DNA of 63,567 bases, filler included, from Chiloscyllium plagiosum (GCF_004010195.1; 5 parts of one record of this genome joined end to end with filler, not necessarily neighbours in it), one strand, 5' to 3'. Counted from the first letter of the whole stretch, positions 50,770 to 62,610 are shown. The notes: generated by a model not told the origin, from the letters alone. Numbers and translations are program-made.

Positions 50770-51098
50770 AATGGTGGCTCAGTGGTTAACACTGCTGCCT
50801 CACAGCGCCAGGGACCTGGGTTCGATTCCTGCCTCGGGTGATTGTCTGTGTGGAATTTGCACATTCTCTCCGAGTCTGCATGGGTTTCCTCCGGGTGCTC
50901 TGGTTTCCTCCTACAATCCAAAGATGTGCAGGTTAGGTGAATTGGCCATGCTAAATTGCCCATAGTATTAAGTGCATTAGTCAGAGGTAAATATAGGGTA
51001 GGGAAATGGGTCTGGGTGGGTTACACTTCAGAGGGTCAGTGTGGACTTGTTGGGCCAAAGGGCCTGTTTCCACATTGTAGGGAATCTAATCTAAATCT
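50770..51098 (+). mobile_element. HE1-like SINE
   Basis: GGTGGCTCAGTGG A box, GGTTCGATTCC B box, AATCTAATCT tail. Confidence 0.92.
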
Positions 51099-51279
51099 GA
51101 AAAAAAAATCAATGATTGTTTCATACCACTATTTCTGAGACAGAGTTCATATTCCATCCACCAACAGCAACAAAGCATTACCCTTGTCTGTGGGATTACC
51201 AGTCCATTGACATTGCTAAATTGCCACCAACTCTATATATGGAATTATTTGTCATATGTTAATATTAAGACTATATCAT

Positions 51280-52365
51280 CAGTGTGGTGCTAAAAAAAAG
51301 AACAGCAGGTCAGGCAACATCTGAGGAGCAGGAAATCAATGTTTTGGGCATTAGCCTTTCATCAGGAATGAGGCTTGTGGGCCAAGGGGGCTGAGAGATA
51401 AATGGGAGGATTGTGGAGCGTGCTGAGTTGGAGGTTTGGGACTGGGATTGTGTGGGGGGGAGGGGAAATGAGGAAAAGGGTGAAATCCACATTTATCCTG
51501 TGTTGTTGCAGGGTTCCAAGGTGGAATATGAGGCACTCCTCCTCCAGCTGTCGGATGGTAACGGTTTGGCGGTGGAGGAGTCCCAGGACCTGTATGTCCT
51601 TGACGGAGTGGGAGGGGGAGTTGAAGTGTTCAGCCACGCGGCATTGGGGTGGGTTGGTACAGGTGTCCCAGGGATGTTCTCTGAAACAATCTGCAAGAAG
51701 GACTCCTGTCTCCCTGATGTAGAGGAGACCACACCGGGTGCAACAGATACAGTAGATGACATTGGTAGAAGTACAGGTAAATGTCCATCAGATGTGGAAG
51801 TATCCCTTGGGGCCTTGGACGGAGGTGAGGGGAGGGGTGTGGGCGCAGGTTTTGCACTTCATTTGATGGCAGGGCAAGGTGCCAGGAGTGGGGTGTGGGC
51901 TGGTGGAGGGGGCGGTTGGGGGGGTGGTGCCTGGGCCTCGTCTATCACCAAATCCTTATCATCCAGTGCCTGGAGGAAGAACACCTCATATTCCGCCTTG
52001 GGACTCTGCAACAGTTTCCTCATTTCCCCTCCCTCCCACACTATCCCAGTCCCAAGCCTCCAAACCGGCACTGCCCTCCTGACCTGTCCATCAACTTTCC
52101 CATTTATCTGCTCCATCCCCCCGACTTATAACCTTCTCACTCATCTTCATCTACCTATCGCTTTCTCAGTTATCTTTCCCCAAACCCCACATTCCCCCCC
52201 CCCATTTATCTCTCAGTCCCTGGCCCATGAGCCTCATTCCAGATGAAGGGCTTTTGCCCAAAATGTCGATTCTCCTGCTCCTTGGATGCTGCCTGACCTG
52301 TTGTGCTTTTCCAGCATCACACTCTCGACTCTGATCTCCAGCATCTGCAGACCTCACTTTCTCCT
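51280..52365. mobile_element. Penelope family-A bipartite inverted element (minus arm about 51280-51920, plus arm about 51930-52365)
   Basis: GIY-YIG remnants on both strands (LEEECLIFHLGTLQ and LEEEHLIFRLGTLQ), decayed hammerhead termini at both ends. Possible degraded TSD TATATCATCAGTG / TACAACATCAATG. Confidence 0.85.
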
Positions 52366-52432
52366 GGAATACAACATCAATGATATTAGCGATATCAGAC
52401 TTCATGGAACTAGAACCTTAATGTGGAAGGTT

Positions 52433-52655
52433 TTAGATTAGATTAGATTACTTACAGTGCGGAAACAGGCCCTTCGGCCCAACAAGTCCGCCCCGCCGAA
52501 GCGCAACCCACCCATACCCCTACATGTACCCCTTACCTAACACTACAGGCAATTTAGCATGGCCAATTCACCTGACCTGCACATCTTTGGACTGTGGGAG
52601 GAAACCGGGCGCTGTGAGGCAGCAGTGCTAACCACTGTGCCACCGTGCCGCCCAC
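52433..52655 (-). mobile_element. HE1-like SINE with internal deletion, 11-bp TSD
   Basis: AAGGTTTTAGA (52427-52437) vs AAGGTTCTAGA (52656-52666). B-box region missing. Confidence 0.88.
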
Positions 52656-52779
52656 AAGGTTCTAGAAATGTCCTGCTTCTACCTGTCTTATAAATAATGT
52701 AAACAGTTAACAACATTTCTTAGTTTTCACTTACACGGTTGCAAACTTTCTTCTGTCAAGAACACACAAATGTCAATCC

Positions 52780-53332
52780 TGATTGGGGAAGAGGAAACTA
52801 TGATGCGATTAGACATGAGTTAGGAAGCATGGACTGGGAGCAATTGTTCCATGGTAAAGGCACTATAGACATGTGGAGACTGTTTAAGGAACAGTTGTTG
52901 AGAGTGATGAATAAATATGTCCCTCTGAGACAGGCAAGAAGTGGTAAGATAAAGGAACCTTGGATGACGAGAGCGGTGGAGCTTCTCGTCAAAAGGAAGA
53001 AGGTAGCTTACATAAGGTGGAGGAAGCTAGGGTCAAGCTCAGCTCTAAAGGATTACAGGCAGGAGAGGAAGGAGCTCAAAAATGGTCTGAGGAAAGTCAG
53101 GAGGGAGCACGAGAAAGGCTTGGCTGAACGGATTAGTGAGAACACAAAGGCATTTTACACTTATGTGAGGAATAAGAGAATAGACAATAGACAATAGGTG
53201 CAGGAATAGGCCATTCAGCCCTTCGAGCCTACACCGCCATTCAATATAATCATGGCTGATCATTCCTAATCAGTATCCTGTTCCTGCCTTATCTCCATAA
53301 CCCTTGATTCCACTATCTTTGAGAGCTCTATT
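52780..53332. mobile_element. CR1 ORF2 fragment (+, 52780-53180) joined to a CR1 3' end (-, 53180-53332)
   Basis: WGRGNYDAIRHEL...KAFYTYVRNK, then an (ATAGACA)n tail. Confidence 0.85.
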
Positions 53333-53432
53333 NNNNNNNNNNNNNNNNNNNNNNNNNNNNNNNNNNNNNNNNNNNNTTAATTAATTAANNNNNNNNNNNN
53401 NNNNNNNNNNNNNNNNNNNNNNNNNNNNNNNN
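53333..53432. other. artificial 100-bp contig spacer
   Basis: 44 N + TTAATTAATTAA + 44 N. Confidence 0.97.
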
Positions 53433-54196
53433 ACCATCAGGCCCCGGAGACTTGTCAACCTTCAGACCTAACAGTCTCTCCAACACCAATTCCTGGCAAA
53501 TATAAATTCCCTTAAGTTCAGGTCCTTCAGCCACTGTTACCTCAGGGAGATTGCTTGTGTCTTCCCCAGTGCACACAGATCTGAAGTACCCATTTAATTC
53601 TTCTGCCATTTCTTTGTTCCCCGTAATATATTCCCCTGCTTCTGTCTTCAAGGGGCCAATTTTAGTTCTAACCATTTTTTTGCCTTGCACATACTTAAAA
53701 AAGCTTTTACTATCCTCCTTTATATTCTTGGCCAGTTTACCTTCGTACCTCATTTTTCCTCTGCGTATTTCCTTCTTAGTAATCCTCTGTTGTTCTTTAA
53801 AAGCTTCCCAGTCCTCAGTTTTCCCACTTATCTTTGCTATGTTATACTTTTTCTCTTTTAACTTTATATATTTCTTAACTTCCCTTGTCAGCCATGGCCA
53901 CCCATGCCTCCTCCTGGGATCTTTCTTCCTTTTAGGAATGAACTGATCCTGCAACTTCTGCATTATACACAGAAATATCCGCCATTGTTCCTCCACGGGC
54001 ATCCTTGCTAAGGTATTGCACCGTTGAACTTTGGCCAGCTCCTCCCTCATAGCTCCATAGTTCCCTTTATTCAACAGAAGTACTGTCACTTCTGACTGTA
54101 CCCTCTCCCTCTCAAATTGCAGATTGAAGCTTAATGAATTATGGTCACTACCTCCCAATGGCTCCTTCATTTCAAGGTCTCTAACCAATTCTGGTT
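53433..54196 (-). mobile_element. CR1 ORF2 fragment, open across about 250 codons
   Basis: EPLGGSDHN...PWLTREVK...KSFFKYV...KSPGPDG. Confidence 0.92.
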
Positions 54197-54459
54197 GGTA
54201 AGTTTTCTCAAGGTTTCAGTACTTCAGTAGGTATACTGTCAGGATATTATGAACAATATTCCTGCTAACCACCTCACATGCTGGTTAGCATGCTAATGAA
54301 TGACTTCCACTTCGTGAAACCACTACCCCACATGGACTTCAGAGGTCCTCGCAGTGACAAAAGTAATTAAAATTTGGTCAGGACTAGAACCCTACTTGTT
54401 TTTCAGTGAGTTGACAGTATTTATCACTTGGTCAAGCTCATTGTCAGTTGGTTGTCTGT

Positions 54460-56030
54460 TGTAGGAAGTTAGCAGATGGAGGCCACTCAGATCCTCAAGT
54501 CTGTTTTTCCATTTTAAAGATACCTAAATGATATCTGCCTTAATGCTGTATCCCCATATAATCCCATATCTCTTGATTTCATTAGTAACCAGAAAGAATC
54601 AGTTTCTCTTGCAATTAATGACTGAGTTTATGCAGCCCTCTTTGATAGAGAACTACAAAGATTCACTACCCTCTGAACAAAGGAGTTCCCCCTCATCTGA
54701 ATCCTAAATGGTTTATCCTAAGTGGTCTATATCCACAACCAAGGGAAACATCTTTTCTGCATTCGCTGTCTGTTCCTTTAAGAATTTTGTAAGTTTCTTT
54801 GAGATTGTCTCTCATTTTACTAAACTGTAGAGGATGCAGGTTCAGTCTCCTCATGGGACAAGTCCCACCATTCCAGGAATTAGTTTGGTGAACGTCTGTT
54901 TCACTCACTCTTTGGAAAGTATATCTTTCCTTGGAACCATTGTTCTGTACAATTAAAGCAAGACTTCTTTTGTTGTGGACTCCAATCTTCTTGAAGTACC
55001 TTCTGCCCCCATCCAGGTGTTATTTTCCTTTTTCTTTGCAGCAGCTGTTTACTGATCATCATTATAAAAGTTTTTAAATTCCAGATTTATTAAATGTGTG
55101 TTTCACCATCTGCCACAGTAGGATTTGAACTCGAGTTCCCAGAGCATTAGATTAAGTTTCTAGAATATTAGTGCAATAACAATACCACTGTGCCATCATC
55201 ATCATCATCTCCTACTTACCACTACCGCTGCAGTATAAGTGCCTCCCTATGCTGCCCCCCCCCCCCGGCCAATCCAACTCATTCGATGTGGATTGTGAGC
55301 ACTGATCACTACCTCTCCCATCGCTGCAGTACTCCACTGTTCACAACCTCCTAAACTGAGAATGAACCACTTATTTTTTTTTTCTGCTTTCTGACTGTTA
55401 GCCAGTTCTCAATCCTTTCAAGTATTAACCCAATCTGATGTCTGTTAATTTTGTTTTCTAACATGATGTGCGGGACTTCATCAAAAGCTTTCTGAAAATC
55501 GAAAAACCTCTCATGGTTCCCCCTGCCGGACATTGACTCTGCTCGTAACATCCTCAAAAAACACTTATCCACTTTGTCAAATATGATTTTCCTGTCGTGA
55601 ATGTATGTTGAATTTTTCCAGTCAGGCAATCTTTACTACTTAATCTCCATTAATTGCAACCGTTATAATTGTGTTTTTGCCAACTGCTGAAGTCAGGCTA
55701 ATAGGTTTGTTGTTCCCTGTTTTCACTTTTCCTCCTTTGTTAAGCAATGGGGTTACATCTGCTTGCTGTCTTCCAGTCTCTGCACAGTGATCATTAATGC
55801 ATCCATTATCTCTACTGCTCCAGTACCACTTTTATTTTTACTAATAGTAACTTACAGTTCCATTCTTTCACCTGCATCTTTTGATCTTAATCATTTCAGG
55901 TATTCGTCTTATTTCTTCGTATCTGAAGACAGAAATGCAGTACCTATTTAGTTTCTCTATCATCTCTGTTTCCTTTTATATATTCTGCTGTCTCTTTGTT
56001 ATGGACCCACATTTGTCTTTGCTCATCAAT
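54460..56030 (-). mobile_element. old CR1 fragments with a SINE remnant near 55050-55200
   Basis: ETYKILKG and DFQKAFDEVPH...IENWL remnants. Confidence 0.7.
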
Positions 56031-56684
56031 GGATTTGAGAGGAAAACCTGCCAGTTGATATGTTTAATGCAGCATTGGCTTGGGGAGAGAATAATTGAAT
56101 AAATGCTGTCTTTAGAAATGAACATTTTTTTTGTCTTTGTGATGGAGAATATTAGGGAAGAAACTTTTATTCCATTTATTTGTATGCTGCAGAGTTCAAA
56201 TCAAAACTTTCTTTAGCGTAGAATAGCCTGAGTTTTAACAAACAAATGAATACATAACCTTGAGGTTTGAGCAAATGATACATGAAGAATAAATTAAAAC
56301 AAAACAGTCTTAAGAAATAATGAAGGTTTAAAATAAGTAATGTAAAGAAAGATTACTTTTTTTTATAGGAAATTCATGAGCAATGAAGTGTAAGAGCACA
56401 AATAAAAATGAAGTGTAGGACTACACAGTGAGACGGAAAAAGTATTGAGTGGGAAGGACAAAAAAAGAGTCATAATATAAAGTAATCTTTTTATTAAAGG
56501 ATAAATATGTTAAGGAGCTAAAATTAAGAATGGGGGAAATATTTATGGAAAGAGGTGCACAAAGAAATTCAGTTGCGTGGAGACTGACCTGCAAGAGTGC
56601 GTTGTGAAAATATTCGGATTGTTTTGAATAATGGTTTGTTTTATGTAACAAGTATTGTAAAGGTGTTCTCAAATGGGTATACTG

Positions 56685-56805
56685 AAGGGCTTCTGCCCGA
56701 AACGTCGATTTTCCTGTTCCTCGGATGCTGCCTGACCTGCTGTGCTTTTCCAGCACCACTCTAATCTTGACTCTGATCTCCAGCATCTGCAGTCCTCACT
56801 TTCGC
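56685..56805 (+). mobile_element. Penelope family-A terminus with imperfect 16-17 bp TSD
   Basis: CTCAAATGGGTATACTG (56668-56684) vs CTCAAATGTTATACTG (56806-56821). Truncated inside the hammerhead core. Confidence 0.85.
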
Positions 56806-56970
56806 CTCAAATGTTATACTGCTGAGGAATTGTTGCCATAATGAAATCACTAGCATAGAAATGTGAGGTAAATCCCTGACTGCATATCTCTCTCCAGTGC
56901 TTTATAGAGAGCATAATTTTAATGCCGTACAATCCTTTTTTGTCTTTCTGGTACCCTACCCTGTGTTCAG

Positions 56971-57075
56971 CTTCTTCTAAAGATGCAGCTGCAATTATTT
57001 CTGCTGTTGGTGATGCTCCAACAGTCCCTGCTCCTGGGGTCCAAGTTGAAATGGAAGAAAAACATGACGCAAGTC
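56971..57075 (+). CDS. candidate internal exon of an unidentified gene (105 nt, phase 1-1)
   Basis: Pyrimidine-rich acceptor ...ctaccctgtgttcAG, donor GTAAGT. Open frame SSKDAAAIISAVGDAPTVPAPGVQVEMEEKHDAS. Confidence 0.6.
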
Positions 57076-58619
57076 GTAAGTAAAGAGATCTGTTTAATGA
57101 CACCAGTTATGATGTCTAATTTATCAGGAAATATGATGTAACCATTTAGAGAATAATTTCACCAGACTACTTGCTCAAAAACATCTCTTTACGACATTAG
57201 CTGTTGATCTTTATTTAGAATTGTTGGTAGAGAAAATAGTAAACAAAAATTAAACAGACGATAAGTTGTCTCCTGGAGTCTGTGAGCTAAAGAGTGCTGA
57301 CTATAGCACCACGCAAATGTACTTGCAACACAAAACTTTCCAAATGGAGAGAATAATCTAAATGCCAACTAAAGTCATGGTGATAGAATTGCTTGTATAG
57401 AATTAACCAGAAGAAAGTTGAATTTCTTGTTGCTGCAAGGGAAGGGAGAAAGTTTTATGTTTGATCTCTATTATACTGTACAGAAGTAATTCAATTTTCT
57501 TATTCAATCACTACAGCATTAGCCAGGAATGTATATTGCATTGGATGTTCTCTGACTTAATGAGAATAATTCCACAGAATAGCCACTCACTTGTGTATGA
57601 GAGATGAACATATCTTTTGGATTCTCAATTTTAATTATGCCACCATTGATTACTGTGCTTTCAGTTGCTTGGGTCCTAAGCTTTGCAATTCTGTCCTCAA
57701 ATATTTTTGCATCCATACTCCTCCCTCCTTCAAAGATGCTGCTTTAGGCTTACCTTTAGGCTTACCTTTAGGCTTGACAGCTTCTTGTCAGTTGTCCTAA
57801 TCTGTTCAGTAACAAGTTTTTTTTGTTTGATATCACTCATGAACCACCATTAGTTGCTTTGCCATGTTAGTGGTTCCATAATAAGGGTAACTTGTATATA
57901 TGAATAGAGGAGGATAATGATACACTTGAAACAGTTGTTCTCACCACTTGTACAGTCCATTGCACACTCTTTATGAACAATAATGTATTTTGGCCAAACA
58001 TTGCTAACCATTTTCTGTTGCTCTCAAGTGTCAGGTAGAAAGGCACAACTTATATTAGGCATGTTGGCTAGTTTGTTAATCATCAGTTCCATATTTACTA
58101 ATCCTGCTATGGATTGCAGGAAATATCAGTGCTTTGCTGTATTCTTTACTGGCACAATTGGCACGTCAGGACCTTGCACGAATTGGAAAGTGACATCCAA
58201 TGCAATTTTGCATTTTTGAGATCAGCAGAAATCACATTCATTTACAACATCAAAAACTATGGTTTTAATATGATTTATCCACTGGTGTGGTCTTTATAAA
58301 CAGATGGAATTGTATTGGGACCTGAATTTTGGAGCAAAGCAGATGTTGGCTAACAAGTAGTTACTTGGCAGTCAGTTAGCTCAGTTGGCTAGATAGCTTT
58401 ATTGTGGTGCAGAATGATGTCAACAGTCTGCGTCAGTCTCTGCTGAGATAGTTTATCGAAGGCTGCCATCTTTCCTTATACATACTTGGTACAGAGTGAT
58501 GTCCCTCAAACTATAGAGCAACTTTTGAAGGATATGTAGTTGTTTTTGTTAAGGACATATTTGTCATTCAAAGTGACCTACTCCTGGTCATAAATATGCT
58601 GTCCTTATGTTCTTAAAAG

Positions 58620-58745
58620 GTGAAAGCTGTAGTTGTGAAAACGAAGCCGTACAGGGCCAGCACATCGCAGTAGAAGAACACCCACCTCAGGAAGTTGCAA
58701 AACACCTAGCTCAGCAAGATAGAGAGGAAAACATCAAAGTTGTTG
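58620..58745 (+). CDS. candidate internal exon of the same unidentified gene (126 nt, phase 1-1)
   Basis: Acceptor gtccttatgttcttaaaAG, donor GTAAAT. Open frame ESCSCENEAVQGQHIAVEEHPPQEVAKHLAQQDREENIKVV, phase-compatible with 56971-57075. Confidence 0.55.
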
Positions 58746-58821
58746 GTAAATAAAATCAATTTCAAAATGGCTTGAAAAGAAGTGCCAATGATTCCATGTA
58801 GGCTATTTAGAATTACTAGGT

Positions 58822-58941
58822 TAAAAAAAATGACTGCCGATGCTGGAAACCAGATTCTGGATTAGTGGTGCTGGAAAAGCACAGCAGTTCAGGCAGCATC
58901 CGAGGAGCAGTAAAATTGATGTTTCGGGCAAAAGCCCTTCG
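58822..58941 (-). mobile_element. Penelope family-A terminal repeat
   Basis: GATGCTGGAAACCAGATTCTGGATTAGTGGTGCTGG...TTTCGGGCAAAAGCCCTTC. Confidence 0.86.
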
Positions 58942-59467
58942 TAGAACATAGAACATTACAACACAGAACAGGTCCTTCGGCCCATGATGTTGTGCCGAAC
59001 ATTTGTCCTAGCTTAAGCACCTATCCATGTACCTATCCAATTGCTGCTTAAAGGTCACCAATGATTCTGACTCTGCCACTCCCACATGCCCCCATCACTC
59101 TCTCGGCACCACTCTCTGGGTAAAGAACCCACCCCTGACATCTCCCCTATACCTTCCACCCTTCACCTTAAATTTATGTCCCCTTATGACACTCTGTTGT
59201 ACCCGGGGAAAAAGCTTCTGACTGTCTACTCTATCTATTCCTCTGATCATCTTATAAACCTCCACCAAGTCACCCCTCATCCTTCGCCGTTCCAACAAGA
59301 AAAGGCCGAGAACTCTCAACCTATCCTCGTACGACTTCCTCTCCATTCCAGGCAACATCCTGGTAAATCTTCTCTGCACCCTCTCCAAAGCTTCCACATC
59401 TTTCCTAAAGTGAAGCGACCAGAACTGCACACAGTACTCCAAATGTGACCTAACCAAAGTCCTGTAC
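58942..59467 (-). mobile_element. CR1 3' end
   Basis: VRSHLEYCVQFWS...LERVQRRFTRMLPGM...FFTQRVV. Confidence 0.92.
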
Positions 59468-59567
59468 NNNNNNNNNNNNNNNNNNNNNNNNNNNNNNNNN
59501 NNNNNNNNNNNTTAATTAATTAANNNNNNNNNNNNNNNNNNNNNNNNNNNNNNNNNNNNNNNNNNNN
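59468..59567. other. artificial 100-bp contig spacer
   Basis: 44 N + TTAATTAATTAA + 44 N. Confidence 0.97.
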
Positions 59568-59897
59568 TTTAAATCCTCCCAAGCAGTTCTAGCAAATTTC
59601 CCTGCCAGTATGTTAGTCCCCTGTCAATTTAGGTGCAATCCATCCTTCTTGTACAGGTCACTTCTACCCCAAAAGAGATTCCAATGNNNTTTAAATCCTC
59701 CCAAGCAGTTCTAGCAAATTTCCCTGCCAGTATGTTAGTCCCCTGTCAATTTAGGTGCAATCCATCCTTCTTGTACAGGTCACTTCTACCCCAAAAGAGA
59801 TTCCAATGATCCAAAAATGTGAATCCTTCTCCCATACACCAGTTCCTCAGCCATGCATTCATCTGTTCTATCCTCCTATTCCTGCCCTCACTAGCTC
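59568..59897 (-). mobile_element. CR1 ORF1 C-terminal SGNH-esterase fragment (first 119 bp duplicated across NNN)
   Basis: Minus translation RNRRIEQMNAWLRNWCMGEGFTFLDHWNLFWGRSDLYKKDGLHLN*QGTNILAGKF contains the DGLH block V motif. Confidence 0.8.
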
Positions 59898-59899
59898 AA

Positions 59900-60980
59900 G
59901 TGTTCATCCACATACTTTCTAAAGGTTGCGAGATTTTCCTCTAATACTTTCCCAGCAATACATTCCACATTCCCACTGTCGTGTAGGTGAAACAATTTTT
60001 CCTCAAGTTCCTGTAAACTGCCTGCTCTTCTCCTTAACATTATTCCCTGTCATTATTGATGTTTCATCTAAGAGGAAGAGCTGCTTCTTATCCAATCTGT
60101 CCATGCCCCTCAATCTTATACACCTCAGTCAAATCCCTCTCAGCCTTCTCTGCTCCAAACAAAACAACCTGAGCTTATCCAAACTCTCTTCATAGCTAAG
60201 CTGCTCCATCCCAGGCAATATTCTGGTGAATCTTCCCTGAAACCCCTTCAGTGCAATCACATCCTTCATACTGTATGGTGATTAGAGCCACACACAATAA
60301 TCTTATTGTAGCCTAACCAAAATCCTGTACAGCTCGAACATAATCTCCTGGCTCTTATAATCTATGCCACAACTGATAAAGGTAAGTGTCCCTTATTCTT
60401 TCTGAATTACTCTATTAACATGTCCTGCCTTCTTCAGGGATGTATGGACAAACACCCCAACATCCCTCTGTTCCTCTGAGGTTATTAGTAGCCAGCTTTT
60501 CATTGAGTACTCACTTGTTTGATTGTTTCTTCCAAAGTGCACCACATTACCCTTCCAGGGTTAAATTCCATCTGACACTGATCTACCCATCTGATGAACA
60601 CGTCTATAATTTCCTGTAACCTCTTCCTCACTATTAACCACCTGACCAATATTTGTGTCATCTGCAAACTTATTTATCATGGCCCCCATGTTCTCATTGA
60701 TATAATTTATATATATCACAAACTATAAAGGACCCAGCCCTGATCCCTGTGGTTCACCACTGGACATCGGCCTTCTACCACCACCCTTTGTCTCCTGCCA
60801 CTAAGCCAATTTTGGTTTCAACTTGCCAAGTTGCTTGAGATGTTATGGGTTTTCACCACCTTTATCAGTCTTCCAATAATACCTTATCAAATCCATATAA
60901 ACTACATCAACTGCACTACCCACATCTACACACCTGATCCCTCAAATTCAATCAAATTTGTCAGGCAGAACCTCCCTCCC
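59900..60980 (-). mobile_element. old CR1 RT to 3' fragment
   Basis: Reverse complement has SGEPQGSGLGP, KFADDT and RFTRILPGME remnants. Confidence 0.8.
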
Positions 60981-61969
60981 TCACGTCGTCCAGCCAACTG
61001 AACTAACTGAATTCCTTTCTGCCAGGTACTGTAAATACTTTACAGTTTGAGTCATAACTTTTTGTCACAAATTATTTCAAGGCTTTTAAACTTTGCAAGG
61101 TAATACTGCCTGGTTACCGCGCTTGACAACAGTTATAGGTTTGGCACAAAGAGGAAAAGAGTCAAATCTGTAACATTTAAACACCAGCTTTATTAGTCAA
61201 GTTAAAATAGACACATAATTCACGCCGTTTGGTTAAGAAAAGGTATGCAATTCATACGTGACTAAAATTCAAGTGCACAACCCACCAATTTTCAAATGAT
61301 GGACTCCTTGAACAGTCAATAAAAATGAAAGCTAATACCTGAGAATATAAGCTCACACTGGCCAAATGTTTCCTCTGAGATCTCGGGGTCCTCTCTACGC
61401 TTCCAAGTGTGGGGACTACAGCTTTGTGAAGGTTAATCTTTGGAGTTCTCACTGATGGTACGCTGAAATTCTTCATTTTTACCATTTGTCCTTATCTTCC
61501 CGAACAATGATGTTTTGTTCTTTTTGGTTTTTAGCTCATCTGAGGACCAGTGTCTTTCCACTATCGGCTCACTCCAAGAACACCTTTAGGATTATCTCAT
61601 TATTCTTCCTACAGTCAGGGAGTTGCACCTCATGTCATTCTCAAAGCTGAAGTTACCCAGCCCAAAACAATGGCTGGGGTTCAGGTAACTTCAGTTCACA
61701 AGATTGCTGTGTGAGCAGCCCCTGAATATTACAATTTGTTCCTGGAGTATCTGGAGATTTATAATCCATTTAGTACCTGAAAGGGTTACCTGTCATCATG
61801 AGATAAGCTCCAACAATTAGCATATAACAGAACTGTTCCTGGGAAGAGCTGACCAGTGCCCTGGCCAGGGTTGTTGTGTTCAGTATTATAGTGTAGTCTT
61901 ATTGTTGCACTTGAATGTTTCAGTAATAGTTGCATAACTTACTCTTACATTTCATAAAAGACCATTATG

Positions 61970-62197
61970 TGGGCAGCATGGTGGCAGTGTGGTTAGCACT
62001 GCTGCCTCGCAGCGCCAGAGACCCGGGTTCAATTCCCGCCTCAGGCGACTGACTGTGTGGAGTTTGCACGTTCTCCCCGTGCCTGCGTAGGTTTCCTCCG
62101 GGTGCTCCGGTTTCCTCCCACAGTCCAAAGATGTGCAGGTCAGGTGAATTGGCCATGCTAAATTGCCCGTAGTGTAAGTAATCTAATCTAATCTAAT
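61970..62197 (+). mobile_element. HE1-like SINE, 3' shortened
   Basis: B box GGGTTCAATTCCC, body, (TAATC)n tail. Confidence 0.9.
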
Positions 62198-62359
62198 TTA
62201 TCTCAGGTTTATCTCACTCGCACTCAGTTTGGCTTCCACCAGAACCACTCAGCTCAGCTTTGGTCTAAACATGGAAAAAGGAGCCAAACTCTAGAGGTGA
62301 AATGAGGGTAACTGCTCTGAGCATCAAAGTAGCATTCAATCAGGTTTAGCATCAAGGAG

Positions 62360-62498
62360 GCAAAAGTGAGGACTGCAGATGCTGGAAATCAGAATCTAGA
62401 TTAGAGTGGTGCTGGAAAAGCACAGCAAGTCAGGCAGAATCCAAGGAGCAGGAAAATCGACATTTCGGGCAAAAGCCCTTCATCAGGAAAGGGCTCTG
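62360..62498 (-). mobile_element. Penelope family-A terminus with imperfect 13-bp TSD
   Basis: TAGCATCAAGGAG (62347-62359) vs TAGCACCAAGCAG (62499-62511). Hammerhead core at about 62456-62490. Confidence 0.83.
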
Positions 62499-62610
62499 TA
62501 GCACCAAGCAGCCTAATGGATCTAAAGGGGGAATACTGTCTGCTTATTGAAGTCATACCTGGCACATAGGAAGATATTTGTGGTTGTTGGTGATCAGTCA
62601 TCTCAACTCC

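Noticed and set aside
59568..59808. 119-bp perfect tandem duplication
   Set aside because: Identical copies separated by NNN at a contig start, typical of an unmerged overlap.
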